Source: Eledone cirrhosa (lineage: Eukaryota). Taken from it: DNA of 64,000 nucleotides. Numbering within the stretch: position 1 is the stretch's first letter; each line of letters begins with the position of its first letter. The notes under the pieces were generated by a model. That model did not search any database and was not told the origin of the DNA. It saw nothing but the letters and a program-made list of their open reading frames with translations. This document shows, one piece after another, positions 59,771 to 64,000 of the stretch. The translations under genes and the position numbers were made by a program. The stretch spans positions 357,988,001 through 358,052,000 of the forward strand of contig OZ024742.1 in NCBI GenBank assembly GCA_964016885.1, given 5' to 3'.

Positions 59771-60469
59771 CATACTAACCACTGAGTCAGTATTACCACA
59801 TACTGGCTCAACAGATAAGACCATACTAAGCTCTGAGTAAGTAGTACCACATACTGGCTCAACAGATTAGACCATACTAATCCCTGAGTAAGTAGTACCA
59901 TATACTGGCTCAACATATAAGACCATACTAAGGTCTGAGTCAGTATTACCAGATACTGCCTCAACAGATAAAACCATACTAATCACTGAGTCAGTATTAC
60001 AAGATACTGGCTCAACAGATAAGACCATAATAACCACTGAGTCAGTATTACCACATACTAGCTCAACAGATAAGACCATACTAATCTCTGAGTCACTATT
60101 ACCATATACTAGCTCAACAGATAAGACCATCCTAACCACTGAATCAGTATTACTACATACTAGCTCAACAGAAAAGACCACACTACTTTTTTTATGTTTT
60201 GTATTGAAGAATTCTATTTAGCTTTCACTGACTGGGTGGGGTGGTACATTGACATTATAGATGCTAGTCATTAATATAAGCAGATCAATACTCTGCTTCT
60301 TAGCATCCTTATATAACATAGATTTCAAATTATTTGGTGAAAACACAATTTAATTTTTTATATAGAATGTATGAGTATATATGAAATATTGATAAATAAA
60401 TATATCAGTTTTATTGCTTCCTTCTATTATAATTCCAGTTTTATCTAGAATGCAGCATCACTGGATGTT

Positions 60470-60566
60470 TATATATATATATATATATATATATGCATAT
60501 ATATATGTGCATATTTATATATGCATATATATATATGCATGCACACACACACATGTGCACATATAC
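60470..60566. repeat. compound (TA)n / TATG / (CA)n microsatellite
   Basis: Directly visible. Confidence 0.95.
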
Positions 60567-60625
60567 TTAGTCTCAGCACTTTAAAACACAAAATTCAACT
60601 TCATACATCGTTTGTTTATGTATAT

Positions 60626-61451
60626 ATCATCATCATCATCATCAACACTGTTTAATGTTCATTATCCATGGGTTAGACTTTTTACACAGCTGTCATCCTT
60701 CATGTGCATCACATATCCATACCAACACAATCCCATCTCCTCCACGCTACATCTCTTTCGTCTTATCCCTAGCCTCTCTCAGTTTCTTTATATTTTGCCA
60801 TTTATGCTTTGCCTTCAAAAACATGCAATATTCATTTCTTTCAATCTTCGTAAGTTTTCTACACACAGTGCCCAGGTCTCACTACCATGCAACATTGCTG
60901 CTCGTATACATATGTCATACAATCAGCCTCTCATTTTGATAGAAAAGCCTTTTGTGGCTAGCAGTGGTAATAGCTCCCTTAACTTCTTCCATCCAGTCCT
61001 CACTCTGGTTACTGTACTTTCAGAACACATCCCTCTGCCACTAATTTGGTCAACTAGGTAGCAGAAGCTGTCTACCACTTCTACCAAACCTTCCTAGAAT
61101 TTCATAACGCTTGTTTCCTGTGATCATTTGCTACTTACTGCTCCACTGGATGCCAACCTGCATGCTGAATTCCTCGCTATAGTCATTTTTAATCTTAATT
61201 TTGCTGACTGCTCCCCTACACATGGTTTGTACAGCCTTCACAAGCCACTCATCTACTAGTTTCCTAAGAACCCACCAGATAACGGCACAGGAGAGTCTGT
61301 CAAAAACTCTCTCAAGATCAACAAACACCAGGTAGAACAGCTTATTCTTTAGCTATGTACTTCTCCTGTAGCTGCTTCACAAGGAAGAGAGCATCTGTTG
61401 TGCCTTTACCTGGCCTCTCATCTGCATCTCATCTGGGTTAACCCGGTCCCT
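60626..61451 (-). mobile_element. decayed, 5'-truncated, internally deleted RTE-type non-LTR retrotransposon (LINE) fragment with (ATG)n tail
   Basis: Manual minus-strand translation across frameshifts and stops gives DEMQ..PGKGTTDALFLVKQLQEKY..FVDLERVFDR..IWWVLRKL..FSMQVGI, then EVVDSFCYL..RVRTGWKKLRELLPLL..G*LYDICIRAAMLHGSETW..LCWYGYVMHM. These match LINE RT motifs (FVDLEKAFD, FxYLG, YGxETW, RWxGHV). Tandem-repeat tail (CAT)n at 60626-60644. Confidence 0.9.
61131..61451 (-). pseudogene. reverse transcriptase remnant (N-terminal RT motifs) of the LINE fragment
   Basis: ORF 61131..61328 plus the frameshifted upstream TTDALFLVKQLQEK segment; no YADD motif. Confidence 0.85.
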
Positions 61452-61502
61452 GTGTATATACATACACACACACACACACACACACATGTATATATATATA
61501 CA
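61452..61502. repeat. (TA)n(CA)n(TA)n microsatellite at the truncated end of the LINE
   Basis: Directly visible. Confidence 0.95.
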
Positions 61503-61759
61503 AACATGCATTTGAAGGTGCATGAAGGCAACAATATAATTATATTTTATCTCTCTTAACTTTAAATTTCAAAATTGAAGCAGACACTGATTGAGATTAA
61601 TTACCTAGGAACGCCATCCATATGGAACATAATACTGCAGAAACTGTTAATACACATAATGCTGTGATCCCCTCCTCCAAAATGAAACATTCAATTATAA
61701 TTATAATTATGTTTACAGTGAATAGATGAAACCATAGTCTATTGTTGTTGATCTACATG

Positions 61760-62105
61760 ATAAATGCACTCAGTACACTCTGTAAAATAGTTGGTGATAG
61801 GAAGGTCAATTAACCATTAAAATACCTACCAAACAATGAGTCACAACGACTTTTCAGCTGTGTAAAAATAATGGCAATATCCCAAGTACTGTTCTGCCTA
61901 TAAAAGTGTGGGAATGTAAAATGTGGGCCTGGTACCAATCTATGCCCTCAATAGAGTGTGAGAACATATTTAAACAAGATGCAAGCCCTCCTCTGGTTCA
62001 ACTGTAAGGGTCAGTATTTCTCCTTGAGAAATTACTTGGGTCTGTGTCAACACATCCAACTCTTACTAACATGGAAGACAGACGTTAAATGAGGATGATG
62101 ATAAT
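61760..62105 (+). mobile_element. degenerate SINE or LINE 3'-end remnant with a GAT-repeat tail, probably interrupted in the middle
   Basis: 62050-62105 (CCAAC...CATGGAAGACAGACGTTAAATGAGGATGATGATA) resembles the reverse complement of the LINE tail at 60626-60680. 61760-61835 (GTACACTCTGTAAAATAGTTGGTGATAGGAAGG) resembles a repeat I recall from octopus genomes; not verified. Confidence 0.5.
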
Positions 62106-62677
62106 ATACATATCATCTACATCTATTTAGATATTTGCTCACATTAGATCTGGAAAATACTCTTTGCTGAGCAGAATTAATAAGATCAAATCATGCCTGG
62201 AGTTACCACATTTTATGCCAAAACTGAAATTGATATCTGGATAAATAAATATAGTAGATATATAATATAGCAGCCTTTTAACTTTTGTATTTTGTGTAGA
62301 TGGTGTCTTTATATAATTCACCTCAATTATTGTATGTTAAAATGGAGATAATACTGTAACATTGTCTTCATGCACCTTCCAAAACAAATTTCCCTTGTAA
62401 ATCAAAGAAGTCATTGTGTTATTTGAAAGAAAGCAAAGAATTTGATTTGCTAAGAATATATTTGTACTAGAAAAAATAATTTTAAAAAAACATTAAGGAT
62501 ACACTTCTATGTCATTCATTGGTTATTCATTAGGAATTTTCCATGAAGAAGAAAGATTCCACAAGTGTTATTTCTTGTAATATTGTTAGAGATCGTGTTT
62601 CGAAGTTCAGCTGCTTCCATGTAGTTACAGCATGCAATTGAAGAAGAAGAAAACAAAACGAATATTTAACATATAAG

Positions 62678-62710
62678 TATGTCACGTTAACTGAAGTTTA
62701 ACGTGACATA
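62678..62710. repeat. perfect 13-bp inverted repeat with 7-nt spacer
   Basis: TATGTCACGTTAA-CTGAAGT-TTAACGTGACATA. Confidence 0.95.
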
Positions 62711-63510
62711 GCTGATTATTTACAAGGATAATGACTAATTAATGGATGATACAATATATTTCACAATAGAGATTTTAAGTGGATATGAAGCAAGATACCA
62801 TGTGATATTCAATAAAGAAATATTCATTGTATGGTTACATTCAAAACTTTTAATACCAATATTAAACCATTCCTTTCAGAATGTTATACTTTCATTACAT
62901 TATAAGACTTAGGTTTTCATTAAAACTAACATTTCTATATTCACCAATCATTTACAGATGATTTTTAATTATATATTTAGCTTCGCTTAGAACTCATTAT
63001 CTTTTCTATATTCCTATTTATATTATCTGATTTTTCACAAGATAAATGTTCTATATATCCTTATGTCTTTTACAAAATTGTAAACTTGTATGTTCTTCTC
63101 TAAGTCATGAACTGAAGCATTTGGATTGCTGCCAACTGCAATCTAATGAAAAGAAACATTTTTTCATCAATCTGCTTTTCTCTCTAATTTACACAAAAAA
63201 TTTCATACACATCCTAAATTATACCAATTATATTATATAAATTACTACTGTAATCTCAAAGGGAAACTGTAAGACTGCTATTTAGACCTCATTGTAATGA
63301 CATTAACTCTTAACATCCTGTACTACAGGGAAACCATATTTGCAAGACATTATTGTATTGTCATATCTTCTACTCATTTAGCAGAAAATAGCTGAAAACT
63401 GTTGTTAATTCAAATGTTTATAGTAACTTTTATTTGTGGATAGATATTTGTGAAAATATGCACTAAACAGAAGTAAAGACTTTAATATTTAGTGTGATGT
63501 TTTTTACTTA

Positions 63511-63652
63511 CAATAATTGTTTCTACGTTTGGCACAAGGCCAACAATTATCCCAGTGTATTACTATTGGTACTTTATTTTATCAACCCCATAAGGATGAA
63601 AGGCAAAGTTAACCTCGGCGGGATTTGAACTCAGATCATAAAGGGCCGTAAC
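63511..63652 (-). mobile_element. 5'-truncated tRNA-derived SINE remnant
   Basis: Minus strand has a Pol III B-box-like GAGTTCAAATCC (63632-63621) followed by GCCTTTCATCCTTATGGGGTTGATAAAATAAAGTACC, resembling a conserved central domain of metazoan SINEs. No A box seen. Family recalled from octopus genomes, unverified. Confidence 0.75.
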
Positions 63653-63684
63653 TGATGATGATGGCAAATGGGATGATGATGATG
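63653..63684. repeat. interrupted (GAT)n microsatellite
   Basis: TGATGATGATG...GATGATGATGATGA. Confidence 0.75.
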
Positions 63685-64000
63685 AGAGTGTCCACGCAGA
63701 ATATTCTGAAACTCCATCAAGGACCAAAGCCTGATGATGTGCCCACCAATTCCTGACAGTTAAATAAACTAAGACTTAAAGAAGTGACTGTATTACATAC
63801 AGGATAAATTAGAGAGTTCCAACTATATATTGTCTACAAATTTGAAGAAGCCTAGTCCCCTAAATTCTATATTTTTAATTCTATTGTGTTACTTTAAAGA
63901 AAATCCTGTACAAAATGATGGCTGCAAAGTTTTTATTATACGAGGGTCTGGCCAATGTGATTGTTGTTTCTAGGATTGTTTGAAGTTGTCTGTTTAAATA

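Larger units (their letters stand above)
1..60184. repeat. 51-bp tandem satellite/minisatellite array, ~1,180 units, with 52-bp and 50-bp variant units; continues past the left edge
   Basis: Unit repeats continuously in one orientation (consensus copy at 564-614; 19 A, 13 C, 7 G, 12 T). The 17-aa periodicity in the ORF track confirms the 51-bp period. The last partial unit AAGACCACACT ends at ~60184. Confidence 0.99.

Noticed and set aside
70-60181. Numerous repetitive ORFs as real CDSs or a giant mucin-like gene
   Set aside because: They follow from 51 being a multiple of 3. Frames are broken repeatedly by 52-bp and 50-bp units and by stop-creating variants, and there is no unique domain, signal peptide or synonymous bias.
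1-60184. CRISPR array (28-bp palindromic repeat plus 23-bp spacer)
   Set aside because: The 23-bp segment is itself a conserved repeat rather than a unique spacer, there are no cas genes, and the flank is eukaryotic.
1-60184. C2H2 zinc-finger gene array
   Set aside because: The period is 51 bp rather than 84 bp, and no frame shows CxxC...HxxxH or TGEKP.
1-60184. Stop-codon readthrough or A-to-I recoding opening the PY*SLSQYY or LTQ*LVW frames
   Set aside because: It would need recoding in nearly every unit and would still be broken by frameshifting units; nothing in the sequence supports it.
60612-61061. Plus-strand 149-aa and 94-aa ORFs
   Set aside because: Antisense shadows of the decayed LINE and its (CAT)n tail.
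62678-62730. Helitron 3' end or intrinsic terminator at the 13-bp hairpin
   Set aside because: No CTRR terminus at the expected distance on either strand, no U-tract, and the context is eukaryotic.
63046-63240. 64-aa ORF
   Set aside because: Short, AT-rich composition, no recognisable motif.
63615-63640. tRNA gene
   Set aside because: Only a B-box/T-arm-like segment within a SINE remnant; no cloverleaf.
63937-63960. TACGAGGG resembling the start of a Tc1/mariner TIR
   Set aside because: Match of about 8 bp only, with no partner TIR or transposase in the window.

Overview
Eukaryotic, apparently non-coding window. Positions 1 to ~60184 (open at the left edge) form one head-to-tail array of about 1,180 copies (length/51) of a 51-bp unit, consensus CCATACTAATCACTGAGTCAGTATTACCACATACTGGCTCAACAGATAAGA, with recurrent 52-bp and rarer 50-bp variants and no inserted foreign sequence that I could see. 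Each unit carries an 11-6-11 inverted repeat and AP-1-like and GATA-like motifs. Variant units are arranged in nested higher-order duplications: 102, 255, 715, 1025, 1689, 1837, ~2350 and 4906 bp, plus 14-49 kb long-range recurrences. The ORFs called in the array are best explained by the unit length being a multiple of 3. The last 3.8 kb is AT-rich flank with microsatellites, a decayed RTE-type LINE fragment lacking its catalytic core, SINE remnants and a perfect 13-bp inverted repeat. From memory, the interspersed repeats resemble octopus families, but this host assignment is unverified. I found no intact gene, RNA gene or CRISPR array. The best novelty candidate is the structured satellite itself; the sequence alone does not demonstrate a function. 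Block boundaries are approximate.
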